Origin: Botryllus schlosseri
Taxonomy: Eukaryota
Reading direction: 5' to 3'
NCBI GenBank assembly: GCA_051294905.1
Contig: CM119383.1
Span: 20,832,001-20,896,000, forward strand
Length of the DNA stretch: 64,000 bases
In this document: positions 45,587 to 56,934 of the stretch, in pieces
Layout of the letters: every line of letters begins with the position of its first letter
Position numbering within the stretch: the stretch's first letter is position 1
Notes under the pieces: generated by a model
The model's database searches: none
Seen by the model: the letters and a program-made list of their open reading frames with translations, nothing else
What the model was told of the DNA's origin: nothing
Program-made: the position numbers and the translations under genes

Positions 45587-46760
45587 CAGTAGTTGCAGTT
45601 AAATGTAACGGCATTGCCCCAATGTTTAATGTACTACGAGAGCTGATACACGCCCGCAGTAGTTGCAGTTGAATGTAACGGCATTGCCCGTTATTCTAAC
45701 GTACTACGAGAGCTGACACACGCCCCTACTAGTGCCAGTTGAATGTAACGGCATTGCCCGTATGTTCAATGTACTACGAGAGCTGACACGAGCCTCCAGT
45801 AGTTGCAGTTGAATGTAACGGCGTCGCCCGCATGTTCAATGTACTACGAGGGCTGAAACGAGTCTCCAGTAGTTGCAGTTGCATGTAACGGCATCGCCCG
45901 TATGTTCAATGTACTACGAGGGCTGAAACGAGCCTCCAGAAGTTGCAGTTGAATGTAACGGCATCGCCCGTATGTTCAATGTACGAGGGCTGAAACGAGC
46001 CCTCAGTAGTTTCAGTTGAATGTAACGGCATCGCCCGTATGTTCAATGTACTACGAGGGCTGACACGAGCCGCCAGTAGTTGCAGTTGAATGTAACGGCG
46101 TCGCCCGCATGTTCAATGTACTACGAGGGCTGAAACGAGTCTCCAGTAGTTGCAGTTGCATGTAACGGCATCGCCCGTATGTTCAATGTACTACGAGGGC
46201 TGAAACGAGCCTCCAGAAGTTGCAGTTGAATGTAACGGCATCGCCCGTATGTTCAATGTACGAGGGCTGAAACGAGCCCTCAGTAGTTTCAGTTGAATGT
46301 AACGGCATCGCCCGTATGTTTAATGTACTACGAGGGCTGAAACGAGCCTCCAGTAGTTACAGTTGAATGTCACGGCATCGCCCGTATGTTAAATGTACTA
46401 CGAGGGCTGAAACGAGCCTCCAGTAATTGCAGTTGAATGTAACGGCATCGCCCGTATGTTCAATGTACTACGAGAGCTGACACGAGCCTCCAGTAGTTGC
46501 ATTTGAATGTGACGGCATTGCCCGTATGTTTATTGTACTACGAGAGCTGACACGATCCTCCAGTAGTTGCAGTTGGATGTAACGGCATTGCCCGTACTAC
46601 GAGAGGTGACACGAGCCTCAAGTAGTTGTGTTTTAGTGGGTCAGTGATGTATCTATCATGCTATGAGAGCTGGCACAAAGCCTCAAATAGTTTCAGTTGA
46701 ATGGTTACTGAACAATGTACTACGAGAGCTGGTATGAGCTTCAGGCAGTTGTAGTTGAAC
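45587..46760. repeat. 70-bp minisatellite, 15 good units plus degenerate tail, containing a duplicated 277-bp four-unit block
   Basis: Unit cagtagttgcagttgaatgtaacggcatcgcccgtatgttcaatgtactacgagggctgaaacgagcctc, starts spaced 70 or 67 bp. Confidence 0.95.
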
Positions 46761-47609
46761 CTTTCGATAGTCCCGATTGAGTTTTAGTTGAGTATTGACG
46801 CTGATAATAAAAGAATTTCAACTTATCTAGGCACGTCGGCATATCGATACAACAAGCTATGATCTAGGCGCGTCAGGTAAACCAGTAGGCTGACTGACTG
46901 CACAGCGCAGATGTAGCTTAGTTCAACAGTAATGTAAACGTCAATGTATCTCAGTGATACCAAGCCTTTGTCTTTCAAATCTGCAAATAGCCGTTGATAC
47001 CTTTTCTACAATTATACTGAACGAGCTTCATCCAATACCTTTCCTACACTTATATTGAACGAGCTTCATGAGCTCAGACGCAATACTACCGTCTCATACC
47101 ACGTTCTCGGATGAATGACAAATTTGAGATGGCTTACTCGCGTGACACGGCGTCATGGAGAGAAATGCTCTTGCCAGAAAAAATATGATCGCAGAATTTC
47201 TAAAATGAACATTTGAGCAACTAATGGATATATTGCGTCAAGTTAGGGATCGATTCAAGCCGAAAAATTAGTGTTGTATTTTTTAACGGGAATTCTAAAA
47301 GCGGAAGCAAAAATGAACAAACGGCAAGCCTAATCGTAGATATGAAATGAAATTAACAAAGATCCGGTCCGGTCCCTGAAATAGACACTTTAGGTCCTCG
47401 CCAAATACCGGTACACGTAGTTAGAATATTGCGATTATTTTCCGCAATATTTTCTCGATTGGAACTATCTTCATTGATATAACTCACCTGTAAAACCACG
47501 TCACATTCCTTAGAACTAATTTCAGCAAGATTTGAATGAGATACAGCGCAGAGAAAACCAGAATTCGTAACAGCGCAGAGAAAACCAGAATTCGTAACTT
47601 ATCAAAATT

Positions 47610-48055
47610 ACTGAGGCAAAAATTTACTACATGACTCTGACTCGCCTCGTTGCAACGTCAAGACGTACTTTTACCGGTACGAATTTCAATAACGAAGCAC
47701 TTTGCATGAGCATTACCTAACGTGGCTGAACGGCAGAAGTCGACGTAGCCAAATTCAGTGCGGATTTACCAGATTGCGACGCGGCGATTTGGGACGTTGT
47801 CTATAATACTCAAAGAAGTAGGCAGCCTGTCAAGGGTTTGGAAGTTAGAGACAGACCTAGTGTTTTCGAATCCATTGCAGATAGACCGGTCATGCATCTG
47901 ACCCCTTCGCAACGCGCCCATTCTGTAAATTTAACGCACCCACCAACGCACGTCCCTTACTAGAGGAGTTGTGTTGTTCTATAGATACACAATTGACTGA
48001 CGGCAAGGGCATGCGTCGCGTCGTACGTGTCTAAATTTCGCGAGTCTCTATTCCA
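47610..48055 (+). pseudogene. Second, divergent Helitron Rep remnant (motifs 2-3), helicase deleted
   Basis: NVKTYFYRYEFQ*RSTLHEHYLTWL...FSADLPDCD...VYNTQRS...LEVRDRPS...PLLEELCCSIDTQLTDGKGM...ASYVSKFRES aligns with the Rep at 35270-35750. Confidence 0.82.
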
Positions 48056-48356
48056 CGTTAGCTGCTGTTTTCCGACTTGGCGCAAAGCATTGCGTATACT
48101 TGCGCAATTTGTGTCCGGCAGAACCAGATATGAGTTCACTATGTATTAGGTGATGTCACGATGGCTTATATTTGGACGCGGGCGCTACAAAAAGAAAACC
48201 GGCGATGGCGTGAACTTTCAATGCCAATTTCCCAAAGATTTTGTGAGACCTTACGGTGCTGCAACTCACGTAGACGCGACCGACAACGATGCATGCATTG
48301 CTGATATCAGGCAAGTGAGCTGCGAGTGGGCCGTGAGACCAGACTACGCTCTAAGC

Positions 48357-50335
48357 CAGAGGTCTCAAACTCAAATGTACTCGCGGGCCAATTTCCTAGT
48401 TTTTGATGACGCCGCGAGCCGCAGCATAAATAGTAGGGATATTCAATGTATAATTTCCAAGTAGGCCTTATTTGACGGGAGCTTGACAGACAGGCATTCC
48501 ACAAACATCGTGAAAATGTAATACTATTGTACTATGCATGCTTGACACGGAACAAATCACATTTTCAAATACTTGAATAAAATTGGTTTTGTGTTAAAAT
48601 AATGAGTTATAGACATCATGCAAGAGGGTGGATCATGATTTGTGACATCGTATAACTGTCGGGTACTCGGGTTATAATATTGCTGCTAGGGGACCTTTGA
48701 CGTGCCACAATTTTATGTAGAATACTTTAAAAGCTACTGAAGATTAATCTGATATCAGAGCATTTGAGCGGTGTATCCTAATCCGGGATTTGATATAGTC
48801 GTGATAAGTAGGCTGTTGTTACTGTCATTGCCAAAGTCAAATTAAATCAGCGTTGGATTTTGCTTTCGATTATTATTGGAACATATCAATAACAACTTAA
48901 ATATAATTTTTGAGTAATAGCATTGTTTCTTAACCTTTCTAGCGATCGTACCCCTTGTGCTCCCAATAAGAATTCTCGTAGCTCCTGTCCATTTTCTACA
49001 CAATGTCTGATGGTAGGCTACCTATATTAAAATATGGTAGGCTACCTATATTAAAATCAAAAAGCCCATTCACATAGAATCGCGCGTAGGATGAAGAATA
49101 TCCCATTTGCATAAATTAGCGAATAAAATATTCCCACAGCATACCGGCCTAATTCCACAATGCATCTCGTACCACATGATGTGGTGCTTCGAGCCCCGAA
49201 GGGGTGTACTGACACTAGACCGAAGGGGTCTACTGGAATAGAAATGTCCAATCGCCGAAGAATTCATTGGTGTTACAGCTGTGGAGCGTACTGCTACTTT
49301 ACTCGCCACCGATAATAACATGTATAAAGAGAGCAAACAACACCTAGCATGTGACCAAATATATACGTCACGGGGGTCACAGAATGCCAATGGTTGCCAT
49401 ACTGACCTGATTAGAGAGCTATTTACTAGTGCGGAGCATGGACCGAAGCCGGATTGGATATCCAGCCAAATATTTTCAGTTTTGGCCGGACCGGATCGGA
49501 GCCGGATCAGTACTTTTCTGATACGGCCGGAGTACTATTTTAATAAGGCCAGAATCTCTATGGATAGGCATGACGTTTGTAACTAAATAACTACCAACCA
49601 ACAACAAACAAGTAACCGCCAAGCCAGTGCGAAAAGAAACGAGCCAGAACGAGAATTTTTAAATTCACTGAAACACGGTACCGTGTTGGGCCGGATTTCC
49701 GACAGGACTTTTTCATTTTGGGGCGGAGCCGGATCACTACTTTTTCCAGATACGGCCGGAGCCGGACAAGAGAATTGGCAAACCGGATCGGAGCCGGACC
49801 AGAGAATTTGTCGATCCGTTCCGCACTACTATATACTCTGAATGACGCAAGCTACGACCTTTTGATATATTACTATTCACCATGACAGTTTCATAGATTG
49901 TTGCGTCCATAGGATTACCAAGTCACCTTTGCGAGTCGCAAGTCCTTCTCTGATTTACCGTTTCACCCAACTCAACTGGAGTTATTTTTATTTAATCACC
50001 AAGTCAATCCGAAATCGAGTAATTGTACGAAAGGTCGAACCAAACCAAGTCATAATTTTTAGTCGCGAATCATCAACGGATCATGTTTTATCACCATGAA
50101 CTAGAAATGTTAAGTACTAGCAGTTCTTCTACCGCATGGTAGTTTTTAAAAGTGATGTGATAGTGAAGTTTGTTGATATTTCAGTGATTTTTATGGTAGT
50201 TTTAGGGTGAATTTTAAGTTCTTATTTCTAAAAAAGAAACATGGCACTTGAATATATTGTCGGATACTTGAAATTCTAAAATGCCGTCGCAGGTCGCACA
50301 AAATGTTCTTGCGGGCCGCGTGTTTGAGACCTCTG
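48357..50335. mobile_element. Non-autonomous hAT element, 1979 bp
   Basis: TIR cagaggtctcaaac; exact TSD ctctaagc (48349-48356, 50336-50343). Confidence 0.9.
49427..49828. mobile_element. hAT-type MITE nested in the previous element
   Basis: TIR tagtgcgga; TSD ctatttac/ctatatac (7 of 8); internal gccggatcggagccgga repeats. Confidence 0.75.
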
Positions 50336-51578
50336 CTCTAAGCGAGCTGGCAGAAACGTTATTCATGACCGTGCAGCCTTCGTCAGATTTGGCCATTCTC
50401 TCCAACCGCGGCTGAAGGCGAGGTTCGATCGAATCATGGACGCGCTGTCTGTGGCGACAAGATCGTTCTGGCACCGCAAGGATAATCCACAGTTCAAAGA
50501 AAAATGACCAGAGCTGAGGTGATCGCAGCGATGGAGATGGTGAGGTCCTACGTCGTTAAAGACGAAGAGGACGACCAAGATACCGACGCGGCTTTTCTGG
50601 AAGAATATACGCGAACCATGCTGGTTGTCACTGCGGGGTTAACGCAGCTGGGAGCGCAGATTCGCGTCATGAGCGTTTGCGTGTCGGATCTGGAGGGCCT
50701 GGCACACAAGTCTGTGTGTGCTCAACGAGCAGACAAAGGCGTTCAAGTCGAAGCCTACGTTTGCGATACGATCTATATCGATACAAAGACGCGTGGGAAA
50801 CCTGCTAATGAGAACGTCGAAGAAGGGGTCAGCGGAGGCCTCATGCGATTTGCTGAAGATGGGGATCCGACGGTTCTCCGCGACAGCCGTCACGCCGTTC
50901 CTCTTCGTCTCGCCGTTGTGCTCCCGAACCCGACGTCGATTCCTCTGACGATTCTGACGATGACTCTTCTGGACCTGATACCCGCATACCGTCGGGCAAC
51001 CGCGTGAGGGAATCGCACGTAGTGACTGTGCGTCGTGATCGCCGCCGTTCTCCTGCTCAGTCTTCCGCCGATTCGTGCGAACTGGGACCTTCGACTTCTT
51101 CCAAAAAAGGAAACGTAATTCGGACGTTGTCGCTAGGTCAATCAGGTCGAGGCCCACCTTCCTCTGCCGAATCTGATGACGCGACTTCGGGATCTGAACC
51201 TGGTCCACCCATGACCGTTAAGAAGCGTTCCAGGTAACGTTCTTCCACTGGGGCTGCGCCTTCGACCAGTCGTCAAAACGCGCATCAGGACGATGATGCG
51301 GTCGAAGACGATGTTGAAATCGACGTCCCGCCGCGAACAGGGTCTGGCAAAAAGGCGAAGCGTGCGAGGATGTGGCGCAAAACAGGGCTAGTTTCTGGCA
51401 AGATACAAAGGCGATTAGCGACCTGTGCAAACAGAAAGCTTGTCGCAGCAACTACACTTCGTCTCTGTGGGCTTATCTCGTTAGCCTGCTTCACGTTTGG
51501 AATGGTTCGCCGGGACTTCGAATTGGAACACCTCAACGACTTAAAACTGGTACGGATTCGGGGAGTCCGACTGTTTAA

Positions 51579-53141
51579 AGGGGCACTGCGCTCTAAATAT
51601 GATGTGGTCTCAAATTGAAGGGCAAAACGAAAAAAAAAATTTGGCCGCAGCCGTTTTCTTCAGAACGCCACCGTAATGGAGCTGCAATTTATTGAAATTT
51701 CCAGAAACGCACCCGGCTGCGGCTGTTGCGGCTCCGGGTAATTTCTTAACCCGTTACATGGCACGATGACTTCATCGTCGCACTTGCTGGACGCGATTAC
51801 GCAGGCACGCAGTGGACGAACTGTAGATAGTTGTCAGCCGATGTTATGAAGCAAATATGTCTTACACGCCAAGGTGGTGTAGATACGGCGTTCCGCGGAC
51901 GATATTCAGTCAGCAGATTTTTCTCTTAATTGGGCCTAGTGCAGTGGTTCCCAACCTTTTTCGACCGATCGCCCCCTTTTCAAGGTCAACACCGATCATC
52001 GCCCCCCAAATTTTGTGCACCGATAATTGGGCATGCAGACTGTAATCACCGGCGGGTTGACTAAAAAAAAAAAAAAAAAAGGTCATCTTTCTCCGCTCAG
52101 AGCTGAAAATAACGTTTTTTCTCTCCAAATTGCTAGGTGGATGACTAAAAAAAAATAAAAAAAAAAAGGTCAGCCGTTTTGACGCGTCAACGCCCCCTAT
52201 CGCCCCCTTCGCTATTTTCGCCCCCCATCGCCCCCTTTGTCCATTTTCGCCCCCCTATCGCCCCCTTCGTCATTTTCGCCTCCCTAGATCGCCAAATCGC
52301 CCACGTTGGGAACCACTGGCCTAGTGTATTCTATTTCTTGAGGGCAGGAATAGATCATGTCCTATTCTTATGTTATGTATAAAACATTACCATCACCAAT
52401 CAGTGTGCCCTCTGAACATTTCAAAATTCAGAGCTGTTCAGGTTGGAGAATCATAAGATGATGGCTTGGGGATTAGTAAGATTATAATATAATGAATAAT
52501 ATGTTTTAGGGTCAGCTGCGGAGTTGTGGGTTCAGGTTAGGTTTGCGTACCGTTGGATTTTGGTTAGGGATGATGAATTTTCCTACAGTAGCCTACCCGA
52601 ACCACCAATTTTGAATGTCATGAATTTTGTCATGTTCATGGTGAACCCTGACTGGTGGTATTCGTGTTGTGGATAAGAAATTACTGTTACCCTGAAAAAC
52701 GGCTACAGCATAAAGTGCTTCTCAACCTGTGTGACGGTTCGTACTTGTGCGAATGAAAAGAATTTCAACCAAATAGTCAACCAATGTTGAGTGAAAGAAA
52801 AACTATATTTCCGGAGTTGAGCTGGAAAGTTACCCCTTTTTTAGTCAACCGACCACGGAGTCTGAAAAATTTACTATTTTTTCAGGATTATATACTTGAT
52901 CCACTATTCTATTTCTGAAAATTTTGAATGAATGTCCTCCTTTCTCGAAGTCATCGTGCCATGTAACGGATTAAGAAATTACCCGGAGCCGCGGCAGCTG
53001 CAGCCGGATGCGTTTGTGGAAATTTCAATAAATTGCAGCTCCATTACGGTGGCGTCCTGAAGAAAACGGCTGCGGCCAGAATTTTTTTTTCGTTTTGCCC
53101 TTCAATTTGAGACCACATCATATTTAGAGCGCAGTGTCCCT
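51579..53141. mobile_element. Kolobok-like non-autonomous DNA element with about 200-bp TIRs
   Basis: ttaa|aggg...ccct|ttaa ends; 51579-51776 is the inverted copy of 52948-53141. Confidence 0.75.
51942..52318. mobile_element. hAT-type MITE, 377 bp, nested in the Kolobok-like element
   Basis: TIR cagtggttcccaac; TSD gcctagtg (51934-51941, 52319-52326). Confidence 0.92.
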
Positions 53142-53187
53142 TTAACTAAAACAAAGCATTGCAATTGTCGCAACCCTGTGTTGACGC

Positions 53188-53246
53188 CAAAGTGAAGAAA
53201 TTCGCCCAAGTGCGGGTAACCGACGGGAGTAACTATGACTCTCTTA
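53188..53246 (+). pseudogene. Short eukaryotic 28S rDNA fragment ending at the R2/I-PpoI target region
   Basis: caaagtgaagaaattc...aagtgcgggtaaccgacgggagtaactatgactctctta versus the conserved 28S ...gcgggtaaacggcgggagtaactatgactctcttaaggtagcc; homology stops at ctctctta. Confidence 0.8.
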
Positions 53247-54235
53247 CTTGGAGACCTGCGTAAGTCGGATCCTAGGGTCGGCAGCACCCTCCTGGTATCG
53301 TAGATATCAGGCAGTCCACATGCGGATGAGAACCCTACCATGGCGGCATAAGAACGGGAAATGCGGACAAGCCGGGAGCCGAGAGAGTTCCCAACTAGGG
53401 GCGGTATAAGAACGGGCAATGCGGACAACGGACGAGCTGGAAGCCGCGAGAGGTCCCAACTAAAGGGTCAGAAAAACCCTCCCGGTATCATGAGGTACTT
53501 GAGTAGTCCATGAGCGACATAAGAACGGACAAGGTGCAAGCTGGGATCCGGAGTGTTCCTTACCTTGGCGGTCCAAGAATGGGCAACTGACAAGTCCCCG
53601 GGATAATCCGAGAACCGTCTGCAAGACAGCGTAAGTAATACATTCATTACACGGTGGCAAGGTGAGCATATGTATATTTATCTATGTTCAATGCTAATCG
53701 GGAAAATTGGCGGCAACCATGTGTAACATTACCGAGCACCGCGGATTGTGTGGCGTCTTGGATTCTGTTGGGGCCTACGGGACGAATGGGGAGCAAATGA
53801 ACTGACAAGCAATGGGGAGAGAACCCCCAAAGGGGATACTAAAGAGGCAATCAGATGAAAGAACGGACAACGAACTTCAATTCGGAATTTCATTTCGCAG
53901 ATCCTATTAGATATATCAGTTATTCCTATATAATATCAGTTATTCCTACATAATATATCTAACATTTATCTGAACGATAAGAAGATAAGAAGTTCAGGAC
54001 AGTGGTCCGATCATCTGCTGACATTTCTGTCGGCATGAAACCACACTGCTTTTTACCGCATGACCAGGCTGAATTTTTTTACGAGGGCATCATCAATTTC
54101 TTAGTTGAACAGTTGGTTTGTGGTACAGAACTTGAAGATAGCTTTCAATACAACATCCATTGTAGTAAAATATTTATTCAACTCGAAGACTTTTCGGGTG
54201 CCTCTTTTCAAGAGTTAACGGCACACTGAAGAACG

Positions 54236-54347
54236 CACGAATTAGAACGCACTAATGGGAAATTTGTAAGTTATACAGAAACAAGTTATACAAAAAAAGA
54301 TTTTCTGTATAACTTACAAATTTCCCATTAGTGCGTTCTAATTCGTG
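54236..54347. repeat. Palindrome with 46-bp arms and 20-nt spacer (mini fold-back element)
   Basis: cacgaattagaacgcactaatgggaaatttgtaagttatacagaaa and its reverse complement at 54302-54347. Confidence 0.88.
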
Positions 54348-54389
54348 TTTGTTATTGTTTGGTTTCAAAATGCTTTGTTACTTGTATCG

Positions 54390-55297
54390 GGTTGCCAGTA
54401 AATTCGGCCCTCGGTAAATTCGGCCAGTGAATTCGGCCCTCGGTCACTTCGGCCATCGGTAAATTCGGCCCTCAGTAAATTCGGCCCCCGGTAAATTCGG
54501 CCAGGGCCAGGGTAACAATAACAGTTACAATAACATTACCTAACCTTAACCCTAACCTAACCCTAACCTAATCCTAACCTAACCCTGATCCTAACCTAAC
54601 CCTAATCATAACCCTAACCTAATCCTAACCTAACCCTAATCCTAACCTAACCCTAATCCTAACCTAACCCTAATCATAACCCTAACCTAATCCTAACCCT
54701 AACCTAACCCTAATCCTAACCCTAATCAGGATTAGGATTAGGGTTAGGTTAGGGTTAGGATTAGGTTAGGGTTATGATTAGGGTTAGGGTTAGGGTTAGG
54801 TTAGGATTAGGGTATATTATGTAATATTATTCACATTAATAGTTGGTATACTACAACTTTACACAAAATTCTCCGAGGGCCGAATTTACCGGTTGAATTC
54901 CGTCCTCAGTAAATTCGGCCCCGTAAATATCCGCGTTATCTCCCGTGACTGTGTGATATACGCATACCCTGACCTCCAAATCTCTCGAAAATAATAGAAT
55001 TATGTAATTCATTCACATTAATAGTTGGTAATACAAAATTCTCCGAGGGGCGAATTTACAGAGTAAATTCGGCCACCGGTAAATTCGGCCCCGTTAATAT
55101 CCGCGCTATCTCCCACGATTACGCGATCTACGCATACCCTGACATCCAAATCACTTAATAATAGTATAATTATGTAATTAATTCATGTTAACGGTTGGTA
55201 ATACATTTTAATACAATATTCTCGGAGGGCCGAATTCATCGAGGTCATGGCCGAATTCACTGGCCGAATTTACCGAGGGCCGAATTTACTGGCAACC
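54390..55297. mobile_element. Non-autonomous TIR element, 908 bp, GG termini and 8-bp TSD (superfamily uncertain; Merlin- or MULE-like)
   Basis: TIR ggttgccagtaaattcggccctcggtaaattcggccagtgaattcggcc; TSD ttgtatcg (54382-54389, 55298-55305); many aattcggcc subrepeats. Confidence 0.85.
54539..54812. repeat. Inverted telomere-like array: (CCCTAA/CCTAA)n then (TTAGGG/TTAGG)n
   Basis: Strand switch at cctaatc-ag-gattagg (about 54728). Confidence 0.92.
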
Positions 55298-56559
55298 TTG
55301 TATCGTACTCTTCAAGTTTGTTATTGTTGCCATCGTTACATTGCGGACTTCGTGGTATGTAATTTCTGATTGTTGCGTCATACTTCGCCTTTCTGGTTTT
55401 GCTTTTCATTCTGTTTAAATCCCTTCAGTGTGCCGTTAACTCTTGAAAAGAGGCACCCGAAAAGTCTTCGAGTTGAATAAATATTTTACTACAATGGATG
55501 TTGTATTGAAAGCTAATTTCTTAGTTGCCAATGTTCGGCTCTCTTGAGATAATCCATCATATCAATAATTCGTATACATGTGGTAAAGCCATGTCTTGAA
55601 ACTCAAGATATTTGCAATGTGCCAAACACTGAAGTAGGCTAATCCAATCCAGGCAATCGATCAAGTAATCCAGACAGTTTGTTGCATCATCAGTTGGAGC
55701 TGATGATCATTTTTCTTCGGGTAGTGGCACTTGGTAGCATGGCAGAATGATCAATAACTTGTAATATAGGTATAGAGGTCTAAATATTTTGAATTGTTTA
55801 CTGAGAAGCCATACAATAGCATAGGATGTTTAATATATATATTGTATGTAGCATGTTGCATGAATTCCTAACACATCAACGTACTGGCAGTCATTATCTC
55901 TTCAGGCTTAAAAATAGCGGTATCCTATATATATTGCAAACGATATCAATCATCAAAATACTGCAATGATTACCAACTACCACTATACAATAGAACTACA
56001 GCAGGCCATGCAGTGCTGCATTAAATATCACGTAGTCAATCAAGTAGTGCTAATAAAATCAGCATTATATAAGGCAACAATGAAGTGCACTGCTTTGTTT
56101 AGTCTTGATGTCAGGTTTTCCCAAAAGATACTTCCGATGTGTTCAGCGACATTGTTTTATGTCAGCACGACAGCAGAGCCCACAGTATATTCTGATCCTT
56201 GCGGGTCTCAGCTGCTTCAGTCATATCTTCCATCCAAAATCATGCTCCACAACAGACATATAGTACTACTTGAATTAACAAATACTCTTACCAGAATATA
56301 AACCAATCGCTCTACTTCAAATGCCAGAATTTAAGTACATACGATCAGAGTTGAGTACCGTAATACGACTACGTTACCGAGGGATTTCTGCGTAATTCTG
56401 ACGATGCCATTCGAAATGCTTTGTACAAGACTGACGTCTAGCATAGGTGAATCTCTGATGACTTCCACAACAAATTTCTGAAACGTTTACAACCAGAAAT
56501 CAACAGTACAGTATGCGATATTTAGCACTGAAGCAGGTGCGCGAGAAAGTAATTTGCTA

Positions 56560-56934
56560 ACCAATTTGTGGTTGCTATGCGTATCCAGTCACGTGATCGA
56601 AGTCCTGCAAATGGCTTATTCCAAGATAGCGAACGTGATCAGCTGGGTTAATGATAGTGTGATTGATTCTTACAGAAAATGGATTGATTTTCTGCGAATT
56701 GGAATTATTAAATAGAAGTTGGGTTTTACTGGGGTTGATGGAAAGTTGGTTACTTCTCATCCAATTACAGATCTTTGTCATTTCATTAGATGTCAATTCT
56801 TGCAAGGCCTGCAAGGAAGTTGAGGATGCCGAGAAACAGGCATCATCAGCGAATAGAACGGTTTTCAGAGAGGAGATCTTGCTAACATCATTGGCATATA
56901 TAAGAAATAATAAAGGCCCTAATGCAGACCCCTG
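56560..56934 (-). pseudogene. CR1/L2-clade LINE reverse transcriptase fragment
   Basis: Minus strand PQGSALGPLLFLIYANDV...VLFADDACF...WMRSNQLSINPSKTQ. Confidence 0.85.

Larger units (their letters stand above)
48150..51237 (+). pseudogene. Very divergent family C gene split by a hAT insertion (48357-50335)
   Basis: FQCQFPKDFVRPYG...SCEWAVRPDYAL joins SELAETLF after removing the insert and one TSD. Continues RFDRIMDAL...FWHRKDNP / MTRAEVIAAMEMVRS and ends in a Ser-rich basic tail. Confidence 0.75.
54139..55515. repeat. 93-bp inverted repeat pair (54139-54231 / 55423-55515)
   Basis: tagctttcaatac...gcacactgaag and its exact reverse complement. Confidence 0.88.

Noticed and set aside
45587-46760. 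CRISPR array
   Set aside because: Units are contiguous 70-bp repeats with no unique spacers, there are no cas genes, and the context is eukaryotic.
47070-47175. N-terminal remnant of the second RepHel (DKF...SWRE)
   Set aside because: Suggestive similarity to DKIRRW...SWKEC but too short and decayed to support without alignment statistics.
53188-53246. Functional rRNA gene
   Set aside because: Only about 59 nt with mismatches; flanks are not rDNA.
54539-54812. True telomere or chromosome-fusion scar
   Set aside because: Short, mixed-unit, and enclosed by TIRs and an exact 8-bp TSD, so it is part of a mobile element.
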